Shown: positions 39,691 to 49,279, counted from the first letter of the stretch. The stretch: 64,000 bases of DNA from Symbiobacteriaceae bacterium (GCA_035628915.1 DASPIW010000057.1:252262-316261); one strand, 5' to 3'. Notes: generated from the letters alone by a model not told the origin. Numbers and translations: made by a program.

Positions 39691-39803
39691 TGCGCACCCC
39701 ACCTCTGTGAAGGCCGGCCCGGCGAATCGTACACGAAGGCCCGGCGGACCGGTTGGACTTACATCCAACTGATACGCGCCGGGCCATGCCGATAGACTAG
39801 CTT

Positions 39804-40283
39804 CTACTGGACCAGCAGTACGGGGCAGTCCGCCAGGGCAAGCACCTTGTTGCACACTCCGCCCACGGTCGTTGGTCCGGTTCCCTTGAGCCCCATGACG
39901 ATCAGATCAACACCCTGGGAGCGGGCGTAGTCGACGATCTCCATCGCCGGCTCCCCGATCTGCACTTCGGTCTCGGCCCGGGTTGCCAGCGAACCCAGGG
40001 CGCCCATGGCAGCCTGGAGGGCCGGCGCCGCCGTTGCCCGGACCATGCTGCTCAGGGGAAACTCGACTATCACCTTCTCCCCGGTGCCGCTGACCTGGAG
40101 ATCACGTGGCAAATGCGCCACATAGATCACGGAGAGGCGTGCATCGGGGAACGCCGACAGGATCGAGCGCAGGCGCCCGGCGGCCCTGACCGATGCCGCA
40201 GAACCGTCGACGGCCAGCAGGGCGTGGGTAATTCCCTCACCGGCGCCTACCGAGCGAATCCGGGTGCTTGGGTTCGCCACCAT
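39804..40283 (-). CDS. Universal stress protein (UspA family)
   Basis: Motifs: ALLAVDGSAAS, VDLIVMGLKGTG, GGVCNKVLALADCPVLLV. Start at ATG 40283 after AGGAGGGG. Confidence 0.85.
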   Translation of the reverse strand: MVANPSTRIRSVGAGEGITHALLAVDGSAASVRAAGRLRSILSAFPDARLSVIYVAHLPRDLQVSGTGEKVIVEFPLSSMVRATAAPALQAAMGALGSLATRAETEVQIGEPAMEIVDYARSQGVDLIVMGLKGTGPTTVGGVCNKVLALADCPVLLVQ

Positions 40284-40509
40284 GTCAGAACCCCTCCTGG
40301 GAAAGTCTCGTTGCCCCCAGTGTAGGCACTGTTTGCGCCTTTCAGTGTGATGGAGATCACAACTCGTGAGAATGGTTCGCACGGAGTACAGCCACGCCTC
40401 GCGCCAGTAGAGAGAATCGCTACGAACATGAGCACACATAACTATACATGACGAGCACTTTTTCGCTCAAGGCGCTAGGGCCGACGAATGAATAAGCACA
40501 GGGAACATA

Positions 40510-40525
40510 GGTGATCAATATCACA
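40510..40525. promoter_or_regulatory. CRP/FNR-family-like palindromic operator candidate
   Basis: GGTGA-tcaata-TCACA (core GTGAT-N4-ATCAC is perfect). Centred about 78 nt upstream of the DUF2249 start, in the usp/DUF2249 divergent region. Confidence 0.35.
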
Positions 40526-40595
40526 GTCTGCCCTACACAATGGGCGTAGTCTGGAATCAGACGGATGAGACCGATTCTCAAAGGAGGGCGTTCCT

Positions 40596-40826
40596 ATGGC
40601 TGATAACGTGGTGCTCGATGTCCGACCCATTCCCCCCTATCAGAAGCATCCGACGATCTTTCAGACGTTCGGCAGCCTGGCTTCCGGCCAATCCATGATT
40701 CTCGTGAACGATCACGACCCCAAGCCGCTGTATTATCAGTTTGCTGCCGAAATGCCGGGCAAGTTTGAGTGGAACTACCTGGAGCAGGGACCTTCTGAGT
40801 GGAAAGTTGAGATCAAGAAGATTTAG
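40596..40826 (+). CDS. DUF2249-domain protein
   Basis: 76 aa. Hallmark motifs LVNDHDPKPLYYQF and FEWNYLEQGPSEWKVEI. RBS AAAGGAGGG. Confidence 0.8.
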   Translation: MADNVVLDVRPIPPYQKHPTIFQTFGSLASGQSMILVNDHDPKPLYYQFAAEMPGKFEWNYLEQGPSEWKVEIKKI

Positions 40827-40928
40827 GGCCAGCAGCCGCCGGGCCACCCTACTAGTTCTTGCACCACCGCTCCACAGGCCGGACAGAGGAGTTTCGCACA
40901 TTTGGTCGGCACCGATGCCGGGTGCACC

Positions 40929-40968
40929 GAAGAGGGAGCGGAGGCCTAATGCTCTCCGCTCCCTCTTC
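40929..40968. terminator. Perfect 15-bp hairpin between convergent genes
   Basis: GAAGAGGGAGCGGAG-10 nt-CTCCGCTCCCTCTTC, 12 nt after the minus-strand stop at 40980. No clear U-tract on either side. Confidence 0.55.
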
Positions 40969-40979
40969 CTTACCAACTG

Positions 40980-41900
40980 CTAGAACCCACGGAAGGTTCC
41001 GAGCGTGTTACCGTTGTTGTCATAGAACAGGATTGCGTTGTTGGTGTTGGGCGGGATTTTCGAGAATACCAGCACGCTGTAGCGGTCAGCACTGGGAGCA
41101 AGCTTGCTGTTAACCAGCCCGGAGCCGATATCGATGATCGACAGCACATCGTACTGGTTTCGGTGATCGTCAATCAGCCATGTTCCGGAAGTGACCATCG
41201 CTCCAGACTTGTTGGAGAGGTTGGACAGCTTAACCAACACCATTGTGTTGCTCTCAAGCATGCCCAGCAGCCGGGCCCTCATGCCGTACGTCATGTCCAG
41301 GTTACCGGCAGTAATCATCTCGGCGTTTAGCAGCCAGAACTCCCCATATAGGTTAACGCCGCTGTCTGCCTTTATCGAGGCCGAAAACTTCCGATACACC
41401 GTGGCTTCATGCCATTCGGAAGCAGAGAGCTCCTTCACGTCGAACACTCGGTCGGTATAGTTGCTCAGGGAGACGAAGTTGCCATCCTGGGAAAAATCAA
41501 CGCCAAACTCTTTCAGCAAATCGGACGGGATAAACACCCGGCCGTTGAGCCGCAAGGGAGCCGCAGATGCTACCTTGGTTTGGGCGCCCAGACTATATCT
41601 GGTCGATCCGATGGCAACTATGGCACTGACAGGGCCCCTTCTTAAGGTGATGTTCTTGCTTGTAGCGCCCTCAATGGAGATGTTGAACTTCTGGAAGACC
41701 TCAGTCGGCAGCAGCAGTCCATTCTGGCGGGCCACGGGGTCGAAGGTAAAGGTTACCTCTTCCCCGTCAATCAGGTACGTATACTGGCCTCCCGTCAGAT
41801 TTGCGGCTGCGGTGTCAGACGGGTTGACGACGACCAGAGCCAACATGAGAGCCATGATCCCCAGTGCGGCCACCACACCGCGCACAAGCTTGGACTTCAT
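40980..41900 (-). CDS. Secreted protein with a copper-amine-oxidase N-terminal-like (stalk) domain plus an unassigned C-terminal domain
   Basis: Signal/TM segment MKSKLVRGVVAALGIMALMLALVV. Stalk-domain pattern: LLLPTEVFQKF..., RLNGRVFIPSDLLKEFGVDF. Start at the ATG after GAGGAGG. Confidence 0.65.
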   Translation of the reverse strand: MKSKLVRGVVAALGIMALMLALVVVNPSDTAAANLTGGQYTYLIDGEEVTFTFDPVARQNGLLLPTEVFQKFNISIEGATSKNITLRRGPVSAIVAIGSTRYSLGAQTKVASAAPLRLNGRVFIPSDLLKEFGVDFSQDGNFVSLSNYTDRVFDVKELSASEWHEATVYRKFSASIKADSGVNLYGEFWLLNAEMITAGNLDMTYGMRARLLGMLESNTMVLVKLSNLSNKSGAMVTSGTWLIDDHRNQYDVLSIIDIGSGLVNSKLAPSADRYSVLVFSKIPPNTNNAILFYDNNGNTLGTFRGF

Positions 41901-41928
41901 TCGCAGATCCTCCTCAGTATTGAAGGAA

Positions 41929-43110
41929 TTACTCACGGCGAAGCGCTTCAATCGGGTCCAGATTGGATGCACGCAAGGCCGGATAGAAGCCGAAGACCAC
42001 ACCCACCGCCATCGAGAACGTAAAGGAGAGCAGGACGGCGGATGAGGTGACGACCGTCGGGAACTGCATCACCCTTGCGATTCCCCGGGCGCCGAGCGAA
42101 CCGAGCAGGATCCCGATGATGCCGCCGGTGACTGACAGAATCAGCGCCTCAATGAGGAACTGGAGCAGAATATCACGCTTCTTGGCGCCAATCGCCTTGC
42201 GGATCCCGATCTCACGGGTCCGCTCCGAGACCGACACCAGCATGATGTTCATAATGCCGATGCCCCCCACCGCCAGGGAGATCGACGCAATCGCACCGAG
42301 AAGCAGCGTAAAGATCCGGGTCATGCTGCTGACCGTCTCCAGGAGCTGATCCTGGCTTTGAACACGCACGGCTTCAGCATTACGGAACTTTGCTACATAA
42401 AAGTCGGTAACCTGCTGTGTGATGACCTTGGAGTCCGCCTCCGGGCTCGTCTTCAGAATCAGCGTCTGAATGCGGTTAAGGCCAAGCTGCCTGGCCAGAG
42501 CCGTGTACGGTACGAAAATCCGGTCATCCTGATCCTGACCGCCGAAACCGGTGCCCATCGTCTCGGCGACGCCGATCACGGTGAAGCTCTGACTCATGAC
42601 CCGGATCACCCGGCCGATGGGTTCGACCCCTTCACCGAAGATCTTGGTGACCGTGGTGGAGCCGATGACGGCCACCCGCCGCCGGGTCGTCACATCTCCT
42701 TCGGAAAACCAAACCCCGCGGCTGACACCCCGTTCGCGTACCGCCGGATAGTCAGCATTGCTTCCTTCAATGTCGACCTGATAGGAAGCGCCTTCGGCCT
42801 TCACGGTCTGCTGGCTGGCCGATACAGTGGGCATCGCATACAGGATGCCGGGAACGGTGGCCATCAGTTCGGGAATATCCGACGCCTCTATCCGGTAGCC
42901 GCCGCCGCGGGCCATTACCGTAATCAGGTTGGAACCCAGCGCCTGGATCTGGCTGGTAGCCTGCACCTGGGCGCCCTGCCCAACCGAGACAAGGGAGATC
43001 ACGGCGGCCACGCCGATAATCACGCCCAGCATGGTCAGCGCGGTGCGCAGCTTGTTCCCGGCGATGCCGAGCCAGGCCACCCGCATCGATTCAATGACGG
43101 AGAAGATCAT
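41929..43110 (-). CDS. MacB/FtsX-type ABC transporter permease
   Basis: 393 aa. N-terminal TM, extracytoplasmic domain, then three C-terminal TM segments with REIGIRKAIGAKKRDIL. Confidence 0.9.
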   Translation of the reverse strand: MIFSVIESMRVAWLGIAGNKLRTALTMLGVIIGVAAVISLVSVGQGAQVQATSQIQALGSNLITVMARGGGYRIEASDIPELMATVPGILYAMPTVSASQQTVKAEGASYQVDIEGSNADYPAVRERGVSRGVWFSEGDVTTRRRVAVIGSTTVTKIFGEGVEPIGRVIRVMSQSFTVIGVAETMGTGFGGQDQDDRIFVPYTALARQLGLNRIQTLILKTSPEADSKVITQQVTDFYVAKFRNAEAVRVQSQDQLLETVSSMTRIFTLLLGAIASISLAVGGIGIMNIMLVSVSERTREIGIRKAIGAKKRDILLQFLIEALILSVTGGIIGILLGSLGARGIARVMQFPTVVTSSAVLLSFTFSMAVGVVFGFYPALRASNLDPIEALRRE

Positions 43111-43856
43111 GCCGGATGTGCCACCTCCCCTGAGGCGGCACCGATCATCCGGGCAAGCTCCGCCCGGGCGTCCAGCCGCTCCCGGTTCGGTTCGTCGGTG
43201 ACGATCAGCCCGTCGCTGAGCCGGACCACCCGCTTGCAGTGGGCCGCAACGCGCTCGTCGTGGGTGACGATCACCACGGTCCGCCCTTCTTCATTCAGCT
43301 CCTGAAAGAGGGCGAGCACTTCCTGACCGGTGCGGGAATCCAGGGCGCCGGTGGGCTCATCCGCCAGCAGGATCGACGGGTGTGAAGCAATGGCCCTTGC
43401 GATGGCGACCCGCTGCTGCTGGCCGCCGGAGAGCTGGTTGGGCCGGTGGTGACCCCGGGCGCCGAGTCCGACCCGCTCCAGGGCTTCGCCGGCCAGCGTG
43501 CGGCGCTTGCCCACGCCGTACCCCCGGTAGACCAGGGGCGTCTCCACGTTCTGCACAGCCGTCAGTTTCGGGAGCAGGTTAAAGGTCTGGAAGATGAAGC
43601 CGATATGCTGGTTGCGCACGTCGGCCCGCCGGTTGTCGTCAATGGAGCCGACCTCCTGGCCGGCCAGGAAATACTGGCCCGTGGTCGGCCGGTCCAGGCA
43701 TCCGATCATGTTCATCAGGGTCGATTTGCCCGATCCGGACGGTCCCATCACGGCCACCATTTCACTTGCAGCCACTTCGAGGTCGATGCCGGCGAGGGCG
43801 ACCACCTTGGCCTCCCCGACGCCGTACACCTTGGTCATGCCACGAATGCTAATCAT
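43107..43856 (-). CDS. ABC transporter ATP-binding protein (MacB-type partner)
   Basis: Motifs: [34 protein letters not shown]. The homologous part begins at [12 protein letters not shown]. The 122-aa Arg/Pro-rich extension in the track is rejected. Confidence 0.92.
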   Translation of the reverse strand: MISIRGMTKVYGVGEAKVVALAGIDLEVAASEMVAVMGPSGSGKSTLMNMIGCLDRPTTGQYFLAGQEVGSIDDNRRADVRNQHIGFIFQTFNLLPKLTAVQNVETPLVYRGYGVGKRRTLAGEALERVGLGARGHHRPNQLSGGQQQRVAIARAIASHPSILLADEPTGALDSRTGQEVLALFQELNEEGRTVVIVTHDERVAAHCKRVVRLSDGLIVTDEPNRERLDARAELARMIGAASGEVAHPA

Positions 43857-43885
43857 GGCGCTACCCCCTGCCTGAACGGCTCTCC

Positions 43886-45697
43886 CTACTGCCCCGGGGC
43901 TCGCTGCTGCCCCTGCCCGGGGGACTGTCCCTGCTGGAACTGGCGCACCTGCGGCTGCTGCTGGCCTTGCTGCTGGGGAACGGTGGTCTGAACCGGCTGG
44001 CGGTTTCCGCCGCCGAAGATGCCGCCCATGCCGCCCGTCGTCGTCTGCGGCCGGATGATGGTCAGAATCACCTGCTCGTTCTCCTTCAGGCCGGACTTGA
44101 TCTCGACCTGCTGGCTGGTGCGGGTGCCGACTTCCACGTCCTTCTGCTTGACTTCCGTCCCCTCCAGGACCTGGACGAACGCCCGCCCCTGGCGGACCGT
44201 GACAGCCTGAGCCGGCAGCCAAAGCACGCCCGCCTTCTCTTCGGTGATGATGTTGACGGTGGAGTTCATGCCGGCCATGAGCCCTTGCGGATGATCGACC
44301 TGAACCGTCACCTCAAACGTGGCGATGTCGTTGCGGAAGACGCCTTCCGGGTTGATTTTGTAGACCGCGCCGGTGTAGTTCCGGCCCGGGAGCGCATCCA
44401 GGGTGATCTGCGCCTTCTGGCCCACTTTGGTCTTGGCCACGTCCAGCTCGTCCACCGAGATGGCGATCTGCATCTTGCCGTAATCGGCCACCCGGAACAG
44501 GTTTGCGCCCGTCGTCACCCGGTCGCCGACTTTCAGGAGCAGCGAGGAGATCTGGCCGTCAACCGGGGCCTTCACTTGCAGATCGTCCACATCGGCCTGG
44601 CGGGTCGCCAGAGTGATCTGGGCCTGATCAAGCTTGGCCTTCAACTGGCGCAGCTGACCGCTGGGGTCATTGGCGGGGTCGAGCAGGTTGCTGAGCTCCT
44701 GCTCCTGCGTCTTGACGTCGTTTTCGGCCTGCGCCAACTGTACTTCCAGGCTTTCGCTGATCAGCTGCAGCAGGACGTCGTTGGCGGCAACCCGATCACC
44801 TTCGGCCACCGCGAGTTCTGAGATCGTCCCGGCCACCTGCGAGCGCACCTCAACCAGCGTGCTGTCGACCGTGCCGTTGCTCTGAATGATGTAGTCTAGG
44901 CCACTGTTTTCGATCACTGCCTGCCCGACCATCCCCGGGCGCAGACCCGGCATCGGGGGCAGTGCCACCGACAGCGGCACGTTGGCATCGCGGTTGCCCG
45001 ACCCAGGGGTGGCAGCACCGGCGCTGGGCCGCACCTCGCCGGTCACGGTCCCGAAGCCCGGCAGCGTCACCTTTACGGGGTATCCAGGGGTCAGTAGTCC
45101 GGCCGCGGACTGAGGAACGGAGACGGTGAACGTGGCCTTGGTGTCGTCAAAGATCGTGAAGAGCAACACGTTGCTGGCAATATCGGATCCCGCCGTCACC
45201 TTGACGGCGTTTATGACGCCGCTTTGTGGCGCCTTCACGGTCAGATTGCGGACATCCTGCTGGCGCTGTTTCAGCGTCAACCTGGCATTCTCGACCTTGA
45301 GCATTTGGGCCCGTACGGCCGTCGCCTGTGGGTTCAGTAGGTTTTCCAAGTTGGCCTGGCTGCTCTGCAGATCGACTTGCGCCTGCTTGAGCTGCGCCTC
45401 CAGGTTTTCGTTCTTGAGGATCACCACGGACTGTCCGGCCTTGACCTTATCGCCGTCCTGGGCCAGTAGTTGGGTCACCGTACCGGTCTGGTTCGACTTC
45501 ACGAGCACGCCGTTAATCGAAGCGACCGGACCGGTGCCGGAGATTGTCGAGCGGATATCCCCCTTCCTGACGGTGGCGAAAATGTACTGTGTCCCTTTCT
45601 GGGCTGCAGCCTTATTCGCCCGGACTCTGGTCCAGTACCAGCCACCCCCCGCCAGCAAGGCGACAATCACTACCGACGCGATCACCTTGTTGCGCAC
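43886..45697 (-). CDS. HlyD-family membrane-fusion / periplasmic adaptor protein with a Gln/Gly-rich tail
   Basis: N-terminal anchor VIASVVIVALLAGGGWYW, lipoyl-like hairpins, long coiled coils, and tail PQQQGQQQPQVRQFQQGQSPGQGQQ. Start set at the GTG after GGAGGG (45697). Confidence 0.85.
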   Translation of the reverse strand: MRNKVIASVVIVALLAGGGWYWTRVRANKAAAQKGTQYIFATVRKGDIRSTISGTGPVASINGVLVKSNQTGTVTQLLAQDGDKVKAGQSVVILKNENLEAQLKQAQVDLQSSQANLENLLNPQATAVRAQMLKVENARLTLKQRQQDVRNLTVKAPQSGVINAVKVTAGSDIASNVLLFTIFDDTKATFTVSVPQSAAGLLTPGYPVKVTLPGFGTVTGEVRPSAGAATPGSGNRDANVPLSVALPPMPGLRPGMVGQAVIENSGLDYIIQSNGTVDSTLVEVRSQVAGTISELAVAEGDRVAANDVLLQLISESLEVQLAQAENDVKTQEQELSNLLDPANDPSGQLRQLKAKLDQAQITLATRQADVDDLQVKAPVDGQISSLLLKVGDRVTTGANLFRVADYGKMQIAISVDELDVAKTKVGQKAQITLDALPGRNYTGAVYKINPEGVFRNDIATFEVTVQVDHPQGLMAGMNSTVNIITEEKAGVLWLPAQAVTVRQGRAFVQVLEGTEVKQKDVEVGTRTSQQVEIKSGLKENEQVILTIIRPQTTTGGMGGIFGGGNRQPVQTTVPQQQGQQQPQVRQFQQGQSPGQGQQRAPGQ

Positions 45698-45951
45698 GAC
45701 CTGTTCCCTCCAACGTTCAACGCCCCGGACGCCAGGGAGCGGTCCAGGGCGCTGCAATTCGGTTCGCTCACGGTTCGAAGTATAGCATGTTAACCGGAAA
45801 AAGGGCTCAAGATTTCCTCAAGGTTTCTTGATGCGCCAAGGGCTGGTGAGTCGGGAGACTTTCTGCTTCCTCACTGGTGCGGCAGAGGCAGTTGCACTGG
45901 GGCGGCCATGCGTGCGGTAGGAGCACGCCGCGCGGCCCTTGGTAATCGATG

Positions 45952-46273
45952 CTCACAAACGACAAAGGGGGCCGTCTGCACGCTTAGCGCGGCAGACGGC
46001 CCTCGTGGCCATGGGTGCAACAGCCTCTGCCCCTAGCAGCGGTCTCCCGATTGGGGGCCACCTGGGACACATGTCGGGCGCGGTCTGGGCGGGAGACGTA
46101 GAAGGCGGGGCAGCGCAAGCAGGGCGGCCCAAAAGTCCAGTGCCCACAATGGAGCTACGGCCGGAGAATGCCCGTAGCCTCTGGCAAATGCACGCCCCGT
46201 TGTGACCCGCATGGTCATCTCCCCTTCCCCGACTCTTCCCTCTTATCGTAGCGTCGACGAGAACGATTCTCAA
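45952..46273 (-). other. Self-contained minus-strand unit: promoter-like hexamers, short ORF or RNA, hairpin terminator (function unknown)
   Basis: TTGAGA (46268-46273), 17-nt spacer, TACGAT (46245-46250). GGGGAAGGGGAG precedes ATG 46218/46212, opening a 59-61 codon ORF that stops at 46033. GGCCGTCTGC-11 nt-GCAGACGGCC (45970-46000) is followed by CCCCTTTGTCGTTTGTG. Confidence 0.35.
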
Positions 46274-46334
46274 TAGTTATTAGGAGCTATCCGCGTATCG
46301 GACTTTCCCTTCCAGATGATACCATGACGCCGCG

Positions 46335-46364
46335 TTGACCTGGCTGCCGCCCACTTGGTAGGAT
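46335..46364 (+). promoter_or_regulatory. Candidate sigma-A-type promoter of the Tad operon
   Basis: TTGACC (46335-46340), 18-nt spacer, TAGGAT (46359-46364), about 100 nt upstream of the cpaB GTG. Confidence 0.4.
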
Positions 46365-46471
46365 CTGCCTAAGGTACGTTCGTCGGAAAACTCTGCATGC
46401 GTCCGTCTGACGATTCGTGCCCGGACTCCGGCCCCGTCCACGAATCTGTCGAAAAAAGGGAGAGATGACCT

Positions 46472-47182
46472 GTGAGACAGCGCTCCGGCGGCATGGTGAT
46501 CCTGGTTATCAGCATCGCCCTGGGCCTCATCGCGGCGTTGCTGTCCGTTACCTTCCTCAAGGGCGTGGCCAGGTCCACCACGGTGCTGGTGGCCACGCAG
46601 GAGATTCCCGCCTTTACCCCGCTCACGGCCGGCATGTTTACGGTCCAGCAGATGCCCAGCGGCGCCGTTCCCGCCGATGCCGTCAAGGAGGTCTCCGCCC
46701 TGAACGGCCGGTATGCCCGGACGATCATCCTCAAGGGCGATGTGGTCAGGCAGGGTCACCTGGCAACTGCCAGCGGCTCTTCCGGCTCCCTGGCGGCCAA
46801 GCTGACCGAGACCGGTCAGGCCGGCATGCGGGCCCTGGCGATCCCGGTCGACAACGCGACGGGCGTCGGCGGCACCATTCAATCCGGCGACAAGGTAGAT
46901 ATCATCGCAGCGGTCCGGGTCGAACGGCAGAACGGCCCCGCCACCACCTTCTCCAAGGTGATCGGCAAGGCGATTCCGGTGCTGCACCGCACGGAAGCGG
47001 AAGGCACCGCCAAGGCCACGGTGGTCGTCATGGTCACCCCGGCACAGGCGGAAGAGATCGCTTATGCGCAGCTCGCCGGCACTATCTATCTCGCGACCAA
47101 CCCGTATCGGGTGGATACCGAGGAGGAAAAGGCGACTACGGGCGTGACGCCCGATTCATTCATGCAGCGCTACGGGAGGTGA
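46472..47182 (+). CDS. cpaB: Flp pilus assembly protein CpaB/RcpC (SAF domain)
   Basis: 236 aa. N-terminal TM segment VILVISIALGLIAALLSV followed by a SAF-like VLVATQEIPAFTPLTAGM. Confidence 0.85.
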   Translation: MRQRSGGMVILVISIALGLIAALLSVTFLKGVARSTTVLVATQEIPAFTPLTAGMFTVQQMPSGAVPADAVKEVSALNGRYARTIILKGDVVRQGHLATASGSSGSLAAKLTETGQAGMRALAIPVDNATGVGGTIQSGDKVDIIAAVRVERQNGPATTFSKVIGKAIPVLHRTEAEGTAKATVVVMVTPAQAEEIAYAQLAGTIYLATNPYRVDTEEEKATTGVTPDSFMQRYGR

Positions 47183-47188
47183 TGGCGG

Positions 47189-47989
47189 GTGGCCGGTCCT
47201 CTGATCGCCGTGTGGAGCCCCAAGGGCGGAACGGGTAAGACGCTGATCGCCGCCGGGCTGGCCATGCATCTGGTCAGGCGGTCCGGCGCCCCGACCCTCC
47301 TGATCGACCTGGATGCCGGGGGCGCCGACGCCGCTCCCCTCCTTCAGGCTTCGCTGCGGCCCTCCGTCCTCGACTATCCGGTCGGGAGCGGCCGCACGAC
47401 GCTTCACCCCAGCGGACTCCACCTGCTGGCCGGCCCGGCCCGCCTGGTCGATGCCCCTCTGCTGACAGCAGAAGTAACGGAGGCAGTGTTGCGCCGTGCC
47501 CGGACGGAAGGGTACACCGCCGTCGCCGATCTCGACACCGACCTGCGAGATTCGACGGTGATCGCCCTCGAAAAGGCGGATGCCGTCGTGCTTGTCACAA
47601 CACCAGATCTCCTATCGCTCTATGCCTGCCGCCGCTTCACCCAGGAGTCCGCCCTGATTGGCCTGAACCTGAACAAATTCCGGCTGGTCATCAACCGGGC
47701 GTCGCCCCGGCAGGAGATTCCCGAAGCGGAGATCATCGATCTGGCCGGCGTGCCTCTGGCGGGCCGGATTCCCAGTCTGCCGGGCCTGGCAGCCGCCGTC
47801 AACCGCGGCATGCTGACGCCGACCTTCCGGTCGAATACTGACTTCGCCACCGCTGTGCACCGGGTGGCAGATGCACTCCGCTTCGCCGGCGTGCCGGACT
47901 CGCCCCTGGCCCGGGTAACCAGTCCCGTGGAGACAGACCGGCCCGTCGGACTGATTCAGTCCGTCCGGCGCTGGTGGCAGAGCCTGTAG
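47189..47989 (+). CDS. TadZ/CpaE-like ParA/MinD-family ATPase (no receiver-like N-domain)
   Basis: 266 aa. Deviant Walker A SPKGGTGKT at the extreme N-terminus. Confidence 0.8.
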   Translation: MAGPLIAVWSPKGGTGKTLIAAGLAMHLVRRSGAPTLLIDLDAGGADAAPLLQASLRPSVLDYPVGSGRTTLHPSGLHLLAGPARLVDAPLLTAEVTEAVLRRARTEGYTAVADLDTDLRDSTVIALEKADAVVLVTTPDLLSLYACRRFTQESALIGLNLNKFRLVINRASPRQEIPEAEIIDLAGVPLAGRIPSLPGLAAAVNRGMLTPTFRSNTDFATAVHRVADALRFAGVPDSPLARVTSPVETDRPVGLIQSVRRWWQSL

Positions 47990-47998
47990 AGGAGGTGA

Positions 47999-49279
47999 TT
48001 GCGGGTGAGTCTCTTGCGCGATCGCTTGGGAAAGGGCCCGGAGCCGGGCGAGGACGCCGCTTATCTGGCCCTCAAGACCCGGGTGCGGGAGCGGCTGCTC
48101 AGCCGCATCGATCCGAACATCCTCTTCAGCCCGCACGATCCGGGCGTCATGACGCTGATGCGCCGGGAGATCGCCTACCTGGTCGAATCCGACCCACTGG
48201 TGGCCGCCGGCGCCCGGCAGTCGTTTATCACCCGACTCTGCCACGACATCGCCGGTTTCGGGGCCATTCAGCCGCTGATCGACGATTCCGGCGTCACGGA
48301 GATCATGGTGAACCGCTATGACGATATCTGGACGGAGCGCTCCGGGCGGCTGAAGCCCGAGCCGTCCATCAAGTTTGTGGGTGAGCAGCAGGTGCGGGAG
48401 CTGTGCGAACGGATTGCCCTCCCCCTCCGCCGCCGTATCGATGAGTCCAACCCGATTCTGGACGGGCGCCTGCCCGACGGAAGCCGGGTCAACGCCGTTC
48501 TGGCGCCGGTCGCCCTGAACGGCACCTGCCTGACCATCCGGAAGTTCATGCGGGCCCTGACGGTCGAGAAGCTGCAGGAAGTCGGGACGCTAACCCCTGC
48601 TGTGACCGATTTTCTCCGCTCGGTGGTCGTCTCCCGCTGCAACGCTCTGGTAGTCGGGGGTACCTCCAGCGGCAAGACCGCCCTGCTGAACGCCCTTTCC
48701 TCCTTTATCCCCGCCGATGAGCGCATCGTCACCATCGAAGATGCCGCCGAGCTGATGCTCCAGCAGCCCCATGTCGTGCGCATGGAAACACGCCCTCCGA
48801 ACGTAGAGGGGCGCGGCGAGATCACCATCCGGGAACTGGTGCGCAACGCCCTGCGGATGCGGCCCGACCGCATCGTCGTCGGCGAGTGCCGCGGTCCCGA
48901 GGCGCTGGACATGATGCAGGCGGCCAACACCGGCCACGACGGCACATTCTCCACGCTGCACGCCAACAGCCCCTCCGACGCCCTCGCCCGGCTCGAAACG
49001 ATGGTGCTGATGGCCGACAGCGGGCTGCCGGCCCGGGCGATCCGCCAGCAAATCTGCTCCGCCTTCGACCTGATCATCGAAGTGGCGCGGCTGAAGACCG
49101 GCGCCCGCCGGATCCTGACCATCGCCGAAGTGACGAGGACTTCCGATGGTGACATCGACACCTATGAACTGGTGCGGTACGACCCGAAAACCGACCGGCT
49201 GACGCCCACGGGCAGGCCCTCCGTACGGGTGGCCGAGCGCTGCCTCTGGGCCGGAGTGAAGCTCCAGGGGGTGACCTGA
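47999..49279 (+). CDS. cpaF: Tad secretion ATPase CpaF/TadA
   Basis: 426 aa. Motifs: GGTSSGKTALLNAL, TIEDAAEL, VGECRGPEALDMMQAANTGHDG. Confidence 0.93.
   Translation: MRVSLLRDRLGKGPEPGEDAAYLALKTRVRERLLSRIDPNILFSPHDPGVMTLMRREIAYLVESDPLVAAGARQSFITRLCHDIAGFGAIQPLIDDSGVTEIMVNRYDDIWTERSGRLKPEPSIKFVGEQQVRELCERIALPLRRRIDESNPILDGRLPDGSRVNAVLAPVALNGTCLTIRKFMRALTVEKLQEVGTLTPAVTDFLRSVVVSRCNALVVGGTSSGKTALLNALSSFIPADERIVTIEDAAELMLQQPHVVRMETRPPNVEGRGEITIRELVRNALRMRPDRIVVGECRGPEALDMMQAANTGHDGTFSTLHANSPSDALARLETMVLMADSGLPARAIRQQICSAFDLIIEVARLKTGARRILTIAEVTRTSDGDIDTYELVRYDPKTDRLTPTGRPSVRVAERCLWAGVKLQGVT

Noticed and set aside
45850-46470. Known riboswitch (c-di-GMP-I/II, guanidine/ykkC, yybP-ykoY Mn, TPP) in the long gap upstream of the Tad and efflux operons
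   Set aside because: I compared by eye with the consensus cores I remember (GCAAA...ACGCAAAGC, CUAGGGUUCCG, GGGGAGUAG...GACAUA, CUGAGA). Only weak partial resemblances turned up, such as AAGGGGAGAUG. This needs a covariance-model scan, so it is reported only as an unassigned unit.
46280-46987. 235-aa minus-strand ORF overlapping cpaB
   Set aside because: It is antisense to a good CpaB frame (TM plus SAF pattern), with Gly/Arg/Asp-rich shadow composition.
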